Assembly (NCBI GenBank): GCA_035285865.1
Contig: JAYKHS010000026.1
Coordinates: 77,766 to 141,765 of the forward strand
Source of the DNA: Candidatus Sericytochromatia bacterium
GTDB taxonomy: Bacteria; Cyanobacteriota; Sericytochromatia; S15B-MN24; VGJW01
DNA: 64,000 nucleotides
Reading direction: 5' to 3'
Shown: piece by piece, positions 1 to 9,611 of the stretch
How positions within the stretch are numbered: the stretch's first letter is position 1
Layout: the number at the start of each line of letters is the position of its first letter
The notes under the pieces: model-generated
Told to the model about the DNA's origin: nothing
The model's database searches: none
Seen by the model: the letters and a program-made list of their open reading frames with translations, nothing else
Made by a program: the position numbers and the translations under genes

Positions 1-414
1 GAACCCCCGCAGCACGAGCGGCAGTTGCGCCGGATGGCCGAACTGGTCCGGCAGGTATCCGACGCCATTGCCCCGGGCGCCGAACCGACGCATCCGCGCC
101 CGACCGAACATCAGGTTGCGAATCAGCGCCTCGCCGGACACCAGGAATTCATCCGGCAGAATGTACCAGGGCCCGATCGTCAGGCGTCCGGCCAGTACCT
201 GAGCGCGGAGCCGCGTCTCGTCCTCGGGGTGGATCTCGAGGTGGTCGTCCAGCAGGACGGTCTGGCCATCGAGCAGGAAATGGGGCAGTTGCTCCGATTC
301 CAGCAGATCAAGCACGCGTCGTACGGCATCCGCAAGCCTAAGGCGGTAACCTTGGAAGGTCCGGTACCACTCACGATCCCAGTGGGTGTGCGGGACGACG
401 ACGACGTCTGCCAT
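1..414 (-). CDS. GH38 alpha-mannosidase family protein, N-terminal part (runs off window)
   Basis: Not in the ORF track; translated by hand from ATG at 414: MADVVVVPHTHWDREWY...FLLDGQTVLLDD...IGPWYILPDEFLVSGEALIRNL...GYLPDQFGHPAQLP. These are GH38/MngB-type motifs. Confidence 0.93.
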   Translation of the reverse strand, partial: MADVVVVPHTHWDREWYRTFQGYRLRLADAVRRVLDLLESEQLPHFLLDGQTVLLDDHLEIHPEDETRLRAQVLAGRLTIGPWYILPDEFLVSGEALIRNLMFGRARMRRFGARGNGVGYLPDQFGHPAQLPLVLRGF

Positions 415-440
415 GTCCGCATCATAACCCGTCCGAGGGC

Positions 441-1637
441 CTACCGGCCGCGCGGGTGCTCGATGGCCAGCATGTCGGTACGGAAGGCCTGTTCGCTCAT
501 CTGCTCGCGCTGTCCCCACGGGTTCAGATAGGTCACCTTGCCGTCGCGGATCGATTCGATCTGGATCTGGTGGCCACCGCCGCTCTCCCAGACGACGCTT
601 GCCGGCACGGGGCCATGACCTTGCTGGATCAGGCGCTTGACCTCGGAGACGAGTTCCTCGCGGTTCCATCGCGTGGCCATCCGCGAACGCCACGGTTCAC
701 CTTGCAGTTGGGCGTTGAGGCTGGCGCTGGCCCACGAAGTCAGGCCGCCGGGCAGCGGCAAGGGGCCGAGGCGGGCCTTGTCGTCGGTGTTGTCATAGCC
801 GAGAGGCGAGGCAACCTCCATGAAGGCGGGCTGGACGAGGCGCGCCACCGTCGTGCGCATGCCGTCATTCGTTGACAGCCAGTCCGGTTCGCGGACGGCC
901 GTGCGTCCGCCCGCCAGCACGACCTTGCCGCTTGGCGACGCAAGGCCCGATGCGACTCGGACGAACTCCGCGGGATGCTGGCGCATCAGCAGGATCTGCG
1001 CCGTAGTGGCGACGCACGTGCCCTTTTCACGCTGCTCGACCCGGATGGGCTGTTCCAACTCGACGACGAGCTCGTTCATGAAGCGCTTTCGGTCCAGACC
1101 GGGGACGAGCGGTTGGTTCACGAGGCCGTGCAGCAGGGTCAGGGTCGGCTGCCCGCCGCGCAGGGCCGGGGCACCCGGCAGATCGCCGCGCAGCAGCAGG
1201 AGTTGCAGGGAGCGACCGGCCCAAGGGTCGAGCGCCTCCAGGATGACCCGGTAGCGGTTGCGGTCGGCCTCGGACAGGCGCGCCAAGGCGGCCTCGGCCT
1301 TGGGAGCATCGCCGATGAGCGCCGCGGCGGCCGCATCCATCTCGCGCTTGGTCCATTCGTTGGCCGCAGATGGATCTTCGAGGACGCGACGCTCGGCCGT
1401 GCCCTTCATCGGGGCGCCCGTGTGCCAGCGCAACAGATGCAGCGCCTTGTCGCCCAGCTCGCGCAGCTGCCTGCCGACGTCGCCGGCATCGGGCAGGGAG
1501 GCCTGTGCGGCACGGGATGCGGCGGCACGCGCCGTGGAGACCACGGCAGGATTACCCATTCGGGTCGCGGGCGTACGTGACGACGCGCTGCGTGCCTGGA
1601 CAGGCGTGGGCCGGATGGATGGAATCACGGGGGGCAT
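441..1637 (-). CDS. Hypothetical protein with putative papain-like cysteine peptidase domain
   Basis: Q-x4-T-C (EQREKGTCVATT), GGGHQIQI and YLNPWG give a Cys-His-Asn arrangement; paralog of 58824..60125. Confidence 0.65.
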   Translation of the reverse strand: MPPVIPSIRPTPVQARSASSRTPATRMGNPAVVSTARAAASRAAQASLPDAGDVGRQLRELGDKALHLLRWHTGAPMKGTAERRVLEDPSAANEWTKREMDAAAAALIGDAPKAEAALARLSEADRNRYRVILEALDPWAGRSLQLLLLRGDLPGAPALRGGQPTLTLLHGLVNQPLVPGLDRKRFMNELVVELEQPIRVEQREKGTCVATTAQILLMRQHPAEFVRVASGLASPSGKVVLAGGRTAVREPDWLSTNDGMRTTVARLVQPAFMEVASPLGYDNTDDKARLGPLPLPGGLTSWASASLNAQLQGEPWRSRMATRWNREELVSEVKRLIQQGHGPVPASVVWESGGGHQIQIESIRDGKVTYLNPWGQREQMSEQAFRTDMLAIEHPRGR

Positions 1638-1703
1638 GCCGGATTGTCCGCAACTTGCAGCCTGCGCTTGACCGCAGGGGGGGAAGATGTCTTGAATCTT
1701 CGG

Positions 1704-3638
1704 TTAAATCTGGGAATCAGGCTTTTCCCAGACCCTTGCAGTGACGAAGATGTCGAGCAACGTACGGTCCAGGTGCCCGCGACCAGCTTCGTCGTGCAGG
1801 ATGTCCAGCGCCTTCTCGAGCGGCACGGCCTTCTTGTATGGGCGGTCGGATGCCGTCAGGGCATCGTGGATGTCGGCGATGGCCATCATCCGCGACTGGA
1901 GCGGGATGGCGTCACCTGCAAGGCCGAGCGGATATCCCGAGCCGTTCATGCGCTCATGGTGGGCCCCGGCGATGGAAGGAATGCCCGAGAGCTCGGGGGT
2001 CCACGGAATCTGGGCCAAGAACCGCTGGGTGTGGACCACGTGGCGCTCGATCTCCTGACGTTCGTCGGCATCGAGACTGCCGCGGCGGATCGACAGGAGC
2101 CTCACTTCGCCGGCTTCAAGCACGGCGCGTTCCCGGCCTTCGCCGTCGGTCCACCTCTGGTTGGCCAGTTTCTGAAGGAGGTCGAAGTTGCCGTCCTCCA
2201 GCACCGTCGGTTCGTTCGCGGAGAGAATCAGGGCCAGCCAGCGATCGATGCGAGCCTCGGCCTCGGCAGCGTCCCGGTCCATCTGCGGGCAGCAGGCGGC
2301 GTAGGTCTCGGCTCCCTTGTCGAGGACCAGCGCCAGGCGATGACGGGCATCGGCCAGCCGGGTTGCCTGGCGCATGGCCGCGAGGCGTTCGCGGACCTGC
2401 TCCAAGTGCCAGGGATAGAGCTTCTTGGCCTTGACCAGCACCTCCTCCCGAACGCCCACCTTGCCGAAATCGTGCAGGAGGGAGGCATAGCGGAGTTCAC
2501 GCAGATGCATGAGCGAGAACCGGACCGGCGCCAGCGCACCGTTCGGCGTCTCGTCAACCATCCGGGCCAGGTTGACCGTCAGGGTCGCAACCCGGGAGCT
2601 GTGCCCTGAGGTCGTGGGGTCCCGACTCTCGATGGCCGTGACTGACGCCTGCACGAAGCCTTCGAACAGCTCCTCGATATTCTTGACCAACCGCGCGTTC
2701 TCGAGCGCGACGCCTGCCTGCGAGGCCAGGGACGAGGCAAAGGTCACGCTGCCCTCGTCGAACGCCAACACGAAGCGCCTGACGTGCTCGGGACTGGCAA
2801 GCACGGCTTCGGCGTGCCGCTTGCGGTTGATCAGTTGGACCACGCCGACGACGTGGCCGCCGCGATCGCGCATCGGCACGACCAGCATCGAGTGCGTGGT
2901 GTAGCCGGTCTTCAGGTCCCATGCGCCGTCAAAGGAGAAGTCCGAGCCTGGGGGAAGGTGGGCCACGTCCTCGATGACGAGGGGGATCCCCGTGAGTGCT
3001 ACCGCACCGGCGATGGAGGCCTTGTCGATGGGGACCGTGAACTCTTCGTAGGCGACGTTCATCGAGTCGTTCTGGGACAGCTTGAAGCGCAGCCTGCGTC
3101 CACCCTGGCCATCGGGTTCGACGAGGTACAGCGATCCGGCATCCGCCGTCGTCACTTCGCGACACTTGCGGAGAATCAGCGCCAGGAGGGTCTCCGGATC
3201 GCGTTCCGTGGTCAGGGCAATGCCGATGCGGTGGACTTCCTCCAGTTGCTTGCCGAAGCGCTCCCGGGCATCAAGGGCCGCCATGCGCTCCTGTTGCAGT
3301 TGGTCCTGTGCCAAGGCGGAACGGAGCACGATGCGCCACTGCGTCGCGCTGGCTTCCTGGGGCAGCCAGCCCCAGAAGGCGTCCTCCGGCAGGAGGTCGG
3401 TCGCAGGTGTCGTTGTCGGACCGCTGCCGATCAGCAGGCCTCCGTCCGCCACGTGTCGCCGAAGGCGTTCACGGATGGCTACGTCCGTCAGCAAGGTGAC
3501 CGGGACAACGAGGATGCCCGACGTGGCCAGAGCGCCGACAAGGCCTTGCAGGCCGGAATAGCGGCGAATGGGCAGGTCGGCGGCCCACTCGGCATCGCCG
3601 GGTCCGGTCGCGGCATCGAGCCAGATAGTTCGTGCCAT
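1704..3638 (-). CDS. GAF + HD-GYP cyclic di-nucleotide phosphodiesterase
   Basis: GAF domain (ADAGSLYL...SMLVVPM...GVVQLINR), then GHSSRV, LLHDFGK, HHERMNGSGYP and DALTASDRPYKKA. Start moved to ATG 3638. Confidence 0.93.
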   Translation of the reverse strand: MARTIWLDAATGPGDAEWAADLPIRRYSGLQGLVGALATSGILVVPVTLLTDVAIRERLRRHVADGGLLIGSGPTTTPATDLLPEDAFWGWLPQEASATQWRIVLRSALAQDQLQQERMAALDARERFGKQLEEVHRIGIALTTERDPETLLALILRKCREVTTADAGSLYLVEPDGQGGRRLRFKLSQNDSMNVAYEEFTVPIDKASIAGAVALTGIPLVIEDVAHLPPGSDFSFDGAWDLKTGYTTHSMLVVPMRDRGGHVVGVVQLINRKRHAEAVLASPEHVRRFVLAFDEGSVTFASSLASQAGVALENARLVKNIEELFEGFVQASVTAIESRDPTTSGHSSRVATLTVNLARMVDETPNGALAPVRFSLMHLRELRYASLLHDFGKVGVREEVLVKAKKLYPWHLEQVRERLAAMRQATRLADARHRLALVLDKGAETYAACCPQMDRDAAEAEARIDRWLALILSANEPTVLEDGNFDLLQKLANQRWTDGEGRERAVLEAGEVRLLSIRRGSLDADERQEIERHVVHTQRFLAQIPWTPELSGIPSIAGAHHERMNGSGYPLGLAGDAIPLQSRMMAIADIHDALTASDRPYKKAVPLEKALDILHDEAGRGHLDRTLLDIFVTARVWEKPDSQI

Positions 3639-3689
3639 GGGCCGCGTGCCCCGGAGATCGAGGTTGGCCGAGGGCGAGGACATGCGAAG

Positions 3690-5303
3690 ATGATAGACGA
3701 AAGCCTCTTCGCCTGCATGAGCGACCATCTGCCCTATCTCTGCCGCCCGGGACGCAGCAGGCGGGTCCTGCTGACGACCGAGGACGATGCCGTCCGGGCC
3801 TGGTCGTGGCCCGAGACCGTCGATGCAGCCCGCAAGGCAGCTGCGCGCTTGTTGGAGCGAGGCTTCCAGCCAGGGGACGTGGCGGTCTTTTCCGGGGTCG
3901 TCCATCCGGGGGCATGGTTTGCCGCGTGGGGCGTCTGGCTGGTCGGCGGGCGCGTGGCCTGGGTCGAGGAGCCCGAGGACGCCGAACCCGCAGCAAGGCA
4001 TCTGGAAGCCTGCCTGCATGTCGGTCCCCGGGGCGAGGATCCTTGGACGCTGGTTTCCGGAGACCTGCCCGACGACGGGCAGGTCGTGGAACTGGATCGA
4101 CGCGAGGCCGGCACCACGCCGGACGAGACGGCCTTGATCCTTTGTCCGCGGGGGCATCGGGGGCTGCGTGGCGACGTCTTCAGCCACGGCGGACTCGTCC
4201 GGGCGGCTCGTGCCTTTGCCCGTCACGCCTTCCTGACGCCTTCCGACCGCTTGCTCGTCGGAACCACGGCCGATCATCCCGTCACATGGGGGACCATGCT
4301 GGCATTCGCCGTCTCAGAGGTCTCGCTCGTGCTGCCTTCCCGAGCCCCCGGAGGGCGAACGCCTGCCGAGGATCTTGCTACCGTCTGGCTTGCGCCCGCC
4401 TGCCTGCTGGATCGTCGAGTCGCTCGCCTGCACGAGCGATTGCGGGGTCGGGGGCGCCTCTCCCACGCGCTTTCGCGCTGGGCGCTCGCCGAAGGCGTGG
4501 CGTCAACCGAGCGCCGGGAGCGGGCCAGGTCGACCACGCGGGGCGAGGCGCGCCGACACGCGCTGGCGGAGCGCTGGTTGCTGGATGATCTTCGGGGCCA
4601 CCTCGGGCCCTCCTTGCGCCTGGTGTTCGCCGTCGGCGATCGCCCGCGCGTGCTGACCCGCCGCTATAACCGAGCCGTCGGCATCGCGTTGCTCGAGGGC
4701 CTTGCTTGTCGGCGGGTGGCTGGCCTCGTGGCATGTGCCCGTCCCTACGAGGAGATTGACCTAGGGCTGGGGGAGGTCCTCGAAGGGGTTCGGATCGAGG
4801 CGACGGACTCGGGGGAGCTTCTGCTGGCAGGACAGGCCGTCATTCGTGGAAGGTTTCGCGATTCGGCCGGCAGCGATGCCCTCCGATTCGCAGGCTGGGT
4901 CCGTGGGGGGATGCGCGTCGAGCGCGAAGGTCAGCATGTCTTGCGCGTGATGCCCGAGGGCCCTGCCGAGGATCCGATCTGGCCGGGACGGGACTGGGAA
5001 ACCCTGCTGGCCGACGTGCTCGGCCTCACGGCTGCGGTGCGCATCCCGGACGTGGGCATGGTGCTCGAGGCACCCGGTTGGGTTCCGGCGGCCCCGTGGT
5101 GGGCCGAGGGGGCCGAGGCGCTGCGCACTGGCCGTCCCCACCCCGGCGTCGGGCGGGTGCTGTTCGACCTTTTGGGAGCGCCCGAGGCCGAGCATGAAGG
5201 CGTGGCATGGCATCTGGTCGAGGGGCTGCCGCGGACGTCGCTGGGAGCGCTGGACAGGGATGCGTTGCGACGGGCGTGGGGACGAAAGGAGTGGCTTTCG
5301 TGA
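3690..5303 (+). CDS. AMP-binding / long-chain acyl-CoA synthetase-like protein (degenerate motifs)
   Basis: GFQPGDVAV, PDETALIL...FSHGGL, LGPSLRLVFA, SGELLLAG and LPRTSLGALDRDALR resemble the ANL superfamily, but the P-loop is not conserved. Confidence 0.65.
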   Translation: MIDESLFACMSDHLPYLCRPGRSRRVLLTTEDDAVRAWSWPETVDAARKAAARLLERGFQPGDVAVFSGVVHPGAWFAAWGVWLVGGRVAWVEEPEDAEPAARHLEACLHVGPRGEDPWTLVSGDLPDDGQVVELDRREAGTTPDETALILCPRGHRGLRGDVFSHGGLVRAARAFARHAFLTPSDRLLVGTTADHPVTWGTMLAFAVSEVSLVLPSRAPGGRTPAEDLATVWLAPACLLDRRVARLHERLRGRGRLSHALSRWALAEGVASTERRERARSTTRGEARRHALAERWLLDDLRGHLGPSLRLVFAVGDRPRVLTRRYNRAVGIALLEGLACRRVAGLVACARPYEEIDLGLGEVLEGVRIEATDSGELLLAGQAVIRGRFRDSAGSDALRFAGWVRGGMRVEREGQHVLRVMPEGPAEDPIWPGRDWETLLADVLGLTAAVRIPDVGMVLEAPGWVPAAPWWAEGAEALRTGRPHPGVGRVLFDLLGAPEAEHEGVAWHLVEGLPRTSLGALDRDALRRAWGRKEWLS

Positions 5304-5314
5304 CGGAAGGCTTC

Positions 5315-6256
5315 ATGGAGACGCGTCTCACGCGTTTGCTGGGCATTCGCCATCCCGTCATCCAGGCCGGGATGATCTGGGTTTCCGGCGCACGGCTTGC
5401 GGCAGCCGTCAGCGAAGCGGGCGGGCTCGGGACGTTGGGTGCCGGCAGCATGCGGCCAGAAGTGTTCCTCGACCAGGTACGCAAGCTGCGCGCGGCCACC
5501 ACGCGCCCGTGGGCCGTGAACCTGCCGGTCTTCTACCGTCATGTCGAGGAGATCGTGCCCCTTGCGCTACGGGAAGGGTGTCGCATCTTCATCACCTCGG
5601 CGGGTAATCCGGCCAAGTGGACGCCCGTCCTCAAGGATGCCGGCGCCATGGTGCTGCACGTGGTCGCGACGGCGCGGCAGGCCGAGAAGTGCGCGGCGCT
5701 CGGCCTCGACGGGGTCGTGGCCGAGGGCTTCGAGGCCGGCGGGCACAACGGCCCGGACGAGTTGACCACCATGGTGCTGGTGCCCCAGGTCGTGCGTGCC
5801 GTGGACATTCCGGTCGTGGCGGCAGGTGGCGTGGTCGACGGCGCGTCGATGGCGGCGGCTTTGGCGCTGGGGGCTGATGGAGTCCAAGTCGGCACCCGTT
5901 TCGCGTGTACCGTCGAGTCTTCGGCTCATCCTGCCTACAAGCAGGCCATCATGGGTGCAGGCGAGACTGACACCGTGTTGGCGCTGAAGTCCGTCATGCC
6001 GGTTCGCCTCCTGAAGAATGCGTTCTGGCAGCAGGTGCGGGCAGCAGAGGCGCGTGGGGCCACTCCTGAGGAGCTGCGCGAATTGCTGGGCACGGGCCGA
6101 CCGCGGCGCGCCATTCATCTGGGCGAACTGGAGGATGGCGAGATCGAGGTTGGCCAGGTGGCAGGGGCTATCCGCGACATGCCTCATGCCGCGGACGTCG
6201 TGACGGCCATGGTCAGGGAGGCTCGTCAGACGATCGGCCGTCTGGCAAGGCTCTGA
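5315..6256 (+). CDS. Nitronate monooxygenase / enoyl-ACP reductase II (FabK-like)
   Basis: HPVIQAGM, AAVSEAGGLG, VAEGFEAGGH, PVVAAGG and ALGADGVQVGTRF. Confidence 0.9.
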   Translation: METRLTRLLGIRHPVIQAGMIWVSGARLAAAVSEAGGLGTLGAGSMRPEVFLDQVRKLRAATTRPWAVNLPVFYRHVEEIVPLALREGCRIFITSAGNPAKWTPVLKDAGAMVLHVVATARQAEKCAALGLDGVVAEGFEAGGHNGPDELTTMVLVPQVVRAVDIPVVAAGGVVDGASMAAALALGADGVQVGTRFACTVESSAHPAYKQAIMGAGETDTVLALKSVMPVRLLKNAFWQQVRAAEARGATPEELRELLGTGRPRRAIHLGELEDGEIEVGQVAGAIRDMPHAADVVTAMVREARQTIGRLARL

Positions 6257-6263
6257 CAGTCTG

Positions 6264-7481
6264 TCAGAATCCGAGGCTGGCCTTGATCTGGTCGTAGGCT
6301 GACCGGGCCTTCTCCCTGGATGTGGCGTTGCCGATCCGGCCGATGGCCGTGAGCGCTTCGCCAAGGTCCTTGGCCGTATTGACGTTGTCCTCAAGGGCTT
6401 CGGCAAGCTGGGTTCGTGTCGCAGAGTCCGTCACCGCGGCGGCGACTCCGACCAGCTCGCGCCAACGTGCCGTCGCGGCATCCTGGCCCTGGATGCCGTT
6501 GGCCCACTGGATCAGGGTAGCCGTCGACTTGTCTGCTGGCCGGCTGATGCCGGCAGGCCTGAAGCCACCCACCACAAGCGATGACAGGCCACTTGCCTGT
6601 GCAAGGTTCGAGACGGCAGGACCGACCTTGCTCGAGGTCTGGGGGGTACTGTTGCCGCGCGCGGTGGCTGCCGCCTTGATGTTGCGGCTGCCCAGACTGG
6701 CGGCGGTAGCCTGGCCACCGGCGACGCGCGCTTGAACCACGCTGTTGCCCTGATCACCCCTGAATCCGTACGTATCTCGCGCAAGTTGTCCGGCACCGGC
6801 CGACGAGACGGAGGCCAGACTGCGCCGGCTGGCCTCGGCGATGTCCACACGCGTGCCTGCGAGGGTTGGCCCGATCTTGCCGGTCTTCAGGATGCCCCGC
6901 CCGACCTCGACGGGCTTGTCCACCGCTGCGACAGGGGGCCACGTCCGGTCGTCGTCGGTCTGGTCATAGGTGGTTTCCGGTCCCTCGAAACGCAACTCGC
7001 GACCGGAGACCTCGTCCCGCCAACGGGCTACCCGCTTGCTCGCGTAGCTGTTCCGGCGCTGGAAGGCGTCCCACTGTTCCCATTTGTGGACGGTGTAGTC
7101 CACGTAGGGGGTTTCGGTCCAATCCAGGCGATTGATGGCGACCTTGGTATGGCTCAGCGTGATCTGGATGCGGCCTTGGACCTTCGTGGAGTAGGTGGGG
7201 GCATCCTTGACCTCGAAGGTCTCGAACTTTTTCTGCGTCGGCTCGGAGACCCGCATCGGCACATCGCGCTCGTTTCGGCGCAGGGTCTGTCGCGAACCGG
7301 GAATCTCGGCACCGGTCGCCGTGCGGCGGATTTCCACGACACCGGGTTTGAAGGCACTGACCCGCTCCGTGCCCGTGTGGCGGTAGTCGGGCCAGAGGTC
7401 CGGAGGACCGGCCATCGCCGGCTGGCTCGTGACCAGAACGGCAGCGGCGCCAAGCAGGGTCGCGTATGCCTTGCTGTTCAT
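6264..7481 (-). CDS. Secreted hypothetical protein (paralog of 7609..8715)
   Basis: Signal peptide ending in AMA; mature N-terminus PDLWPD; GGAG RBS before ATG 7481. Confidence 0.8.
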   Translation of the reverse strand: MNSKAYATLLGAAAVLVTSQPAMAGPPDLWPDYRHTGTERVSAFKPGVVEIRRTATGAEIPGSRQTLRRNERDVPMRVSEPTQKKFETFEVKDAPTYSTKVQGRIQITLSHTKVAINRLDWTETPYVDYTVHKWEQWDAFQRRNSYASKRVARWRDEVSGRELRFEGPETTYDQTDDDRTWPPVAAVDKPVEVGRGILKTGKIGPTLAGTRVDIAEASRRSLASVSSAGAGQLARDTYGFRGDQGNSVVQARVAGGQATAASLGSRNIKAAATARGNSTPQTSSKVGPAVSNLAQASGLSSLVVGGFRPAGISRPADKSTATLIQWANGIQGQDAATARWRELVGVAAAVTDSATRTQLAEALEDNVNTAKDLGEALTAIGRIGNATSREKARSAYDQIKASLGF

Positions 7482-7558
7482 GGTCTCCACTCCTTGGTTA
7501 TCGGGACCGATGGTTCCATGCCCACGATCGGCCAGGGCTCAAACGCCACACGGACGAG

Positions 7559-7588
7559 CGGGGCGGGTTCCGGAAGGAACCCGCCCCG
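7559..7588 (-). terminator. 13-bp GC-rich hairpin between the tandem paralogs (stabiliser or weak terminator)
   Basis: cggggcgggttcc-ggaa-ggaacccgccccg; no U-tract after the stem in the gene direction. Confidence 0.55.
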
Positions 7589-7608
7589 AAAAACGCACAA
7601 GCGCGGTG

Positions 7609-8715
7609 TTACCCGCCTTGTCTGCGAAGCGCCGCCCGCGCCTTCAGGATCTGCTTGGTCGCGTTGAGGATTGCGTCGCGGTTGCTCTTCAGGAGAGCGT
7701 TCTTGCGCGCATTTTCCAGCGCAGCCTTGATCTGGGCATCGGTAGCGTCCGGGTTCTTCAGAAGGGTGAGTGCCGACTGGAGACGAACCGAAACTTGTGA
7801 CCGAGTGTTCAGGTTGACCAAGCGTGCGGCTGCCTTCTCGATGGCAGCATTGGCGCGGACCACCACGGGGCTGGCCGCCTGCGCAGACTTGACGCTCCTT
7901 GAACCCAGATTCGCAGCAACCTGCCCTGCCGTGGCCTTCGGAGCTTGCGTGACGCCCTTGGCCGAATCCCCTTGGAACACGCGGGAGGGGCCTTCGCCGC
8001 CGCCGCTACCCGCTGCCGTCGAAGCTGCCTGGACCGTGGCCAGCGACTTACGGGCCACTTCCTTGACCTCGGTACGGGAGGACACGAACCCGGGACCCTT
8101 GCGCTCCGACTTGTCGACGCCAGCGCCGACGAAGACCTTGGGATCCTCGGCAGCCACCCAGCCGGTGACGGCAGATTCGACGGCCGAATAGCGTGACTCG
8201 TGACCGGAGAAGACTTGAGCGGCTCCCGAGACCGGATTGGTCCACGTCACCCGGACCGTGCGCCGATAGGGCACGTCCTTCAGGAACTCGTCGCGCTGAT
8301 CCCACTTCTTGACGGTGTAGTCCTTGAAGGGAGTCTCGGTCCACGTGTAGCGGAACTTGTCGAACTTGGTCGCCGACATCGTGGAGTGGATGCGGCCCTG
8401 AATCTTGGTGCTGAAGACCGGGGCGCCGGGAACCTCCTCGAAGGACTCATGATTCTGGATCGGGTCCTTCTCACGGAGCGATTCCACGCGCTCGTTGCGC
8501 CGGACGGTCTTGCGGGTTCCGGCAACCTCGGTGCCCGAACCGAGGGGGTCGATGACCTCCTGACCGGCCTTGAACTCATTGACACGCTCGGAGCCGACGA
8601 ACTTGAAGTCGGGCCAGAGGTCGGGTGCGGCCGAAGCCTGCGGAACGATGAAGCCCTGAGCGAGAAGGGCCGACAAGGTCGACCAAGCCGCCACCTTGAG
8701 ACGTCGAGGAGCCAT
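7609..8715 (-). CDS. Secreted hypothetical protein (paralog of 6264..7481)
   Basis: Signal peptide ending in ASA; mature APDLWPD; GGGAGG RBS. Confidence 0.8.
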   Translation of the reverse strand: MAPRRLKVAAWSTLSALLAQGFIVPQASAAPDLWPDFKFVGSERVNEFKAGQEVIDPLGSGTEVAGTRKTVRRNERVESLREKDPIQNHESFEEVPGAPVFSTKIQGRIHSTMSATKFDKFRYTWTETPFKDYTVKKWDQRDEFLKDVPYRRTVRVTWTNPVSGAAQVFSGHESRYSAVESAVTGWVAAEDPKVFVGAGVDKSERKGPGFVSSRTEVKEVARKSLATVQAASTAAGSGGGEGPSRVFQGDSAKGVTQAPKATAGQVAANLGSRSVKSAQAASPVVVRANAAIEKAAARLVNLNTRSQVSVRLQSALTLLKNPDATDAQIKAALENARKNALLKSNRDAILNATKQILKARAALRRQGG

Positions 8716-8792
8716 TGGGAGCGCCTCCCTTCATGATTGTGATGTTTGCCAGCGATACCTGAGGAGACGCATTCCCCAAGTCGTCGCGTAAT

Positions 8793-9611
8793 TCACAAAC
8801 CGGGATCGATTCTCCAAGGATTCTTCGTCGCGGCCTGGATGACCGCGGCGGCGTTGGCCAGCACCTGATCGGCCGTGTGCATCCCGACGAGCACGGCATC
8901 GACGAAGGGTCGCGTGGCATTCCACTGGATGCTTTCCCGCGCCACATCCGCCAGTCGACCCTCTCCGACGGCCTTCATGACCAGCACGCCGCGGCCGGCA
9001 TCGTGGTGCGCGGCGAGTGCCCGGACGTAGTCTTCGAGGCTGGCGTCCATATGGTCGCCGAAGCGGTTGAAGTTGGTCATGACGGCATCGAGGTCCCGGT
9101 ACTCCGGGTGCGTCAGCAGGTGCTCCAGCGTGTCGATGTTGTGGGTCGAAAGGGCGATGGCACGAATGTCGCCCTGTGCTCTCCGCGCCCGCACGGCTGC
9201 CATGGCAGGTGCGCGCCTGTCGAGTTCCTCCGGTTCATCGACATCGTGCAGGAAATAGAGGTCAATCCACGACAGACCCATCTCGCGCAGGGCGGCGTCG
9301 ATGCCCTCGTGTGTCGCGCTGCCCGTCGTCGCGTGCGTCTTGCTGGAGATCTGGACCTGATCCCGATCGGTCCCGACAAGGCCCTCACGCACGTGGCGGT
9401 GGGTCTGGTAGTCGTCCGAAGTGTCCCACCACGTGATGCCCACATCCAATCCGAGGCGCATCAGGCCTCCGAGCTCGGCAGGATTCAGGGCACTCTGTGA
9501 GCTGGGGTGCCCGTTGCTGGCGGTCGTCCCGGTACCGAAGCCCAGCAGGGACAGTTCGACTGCAGAGCGGCCGACGCGTCGGCGCGGCATCGCCTCTTCG
9601 TCGAGGATCAT
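8793..9611 (-). CDS. Aldo/keto reductase
   Basis: RRVGRSAVELSLLGFGT, WDTSDDY, ISSK, IDLYFLH and MKAVGEG; ATGA overlap with def. Confidence 0.9.
   Translation of the reverse strand: MILDEEAMPRRRVGRSAVELSLLGFGTGTTASNGHPSSQSALNPAELGGLMRLGLDVGITWWDTSDDYQTHRHVREGLVGTDRDQVQISSKTHATTGSATHEGIDAALREMGLSWIDLYFLHDVDEPEELDRRAPAMAAVRARRAQGDIRAIALSTHNIDTLEHLLTHPEYRDLDAVMTNFNRFGDHMDASLEDYVRALAAHHDAGRGVLVMKAVGEGRLADVARESIQWNATRPFVDAVLVGMHTADQVLANAAAVIQAATKNPWRIDPGL

Noticed and set aside
2784..4277. Long overlapping N-terminal extensions of the HD-GYP and AMP-binding ORFs
   Set aside because: ORF-caller artefacts; starts at 3638 (minus) and 3690 (plus) give a clean divergent pair.
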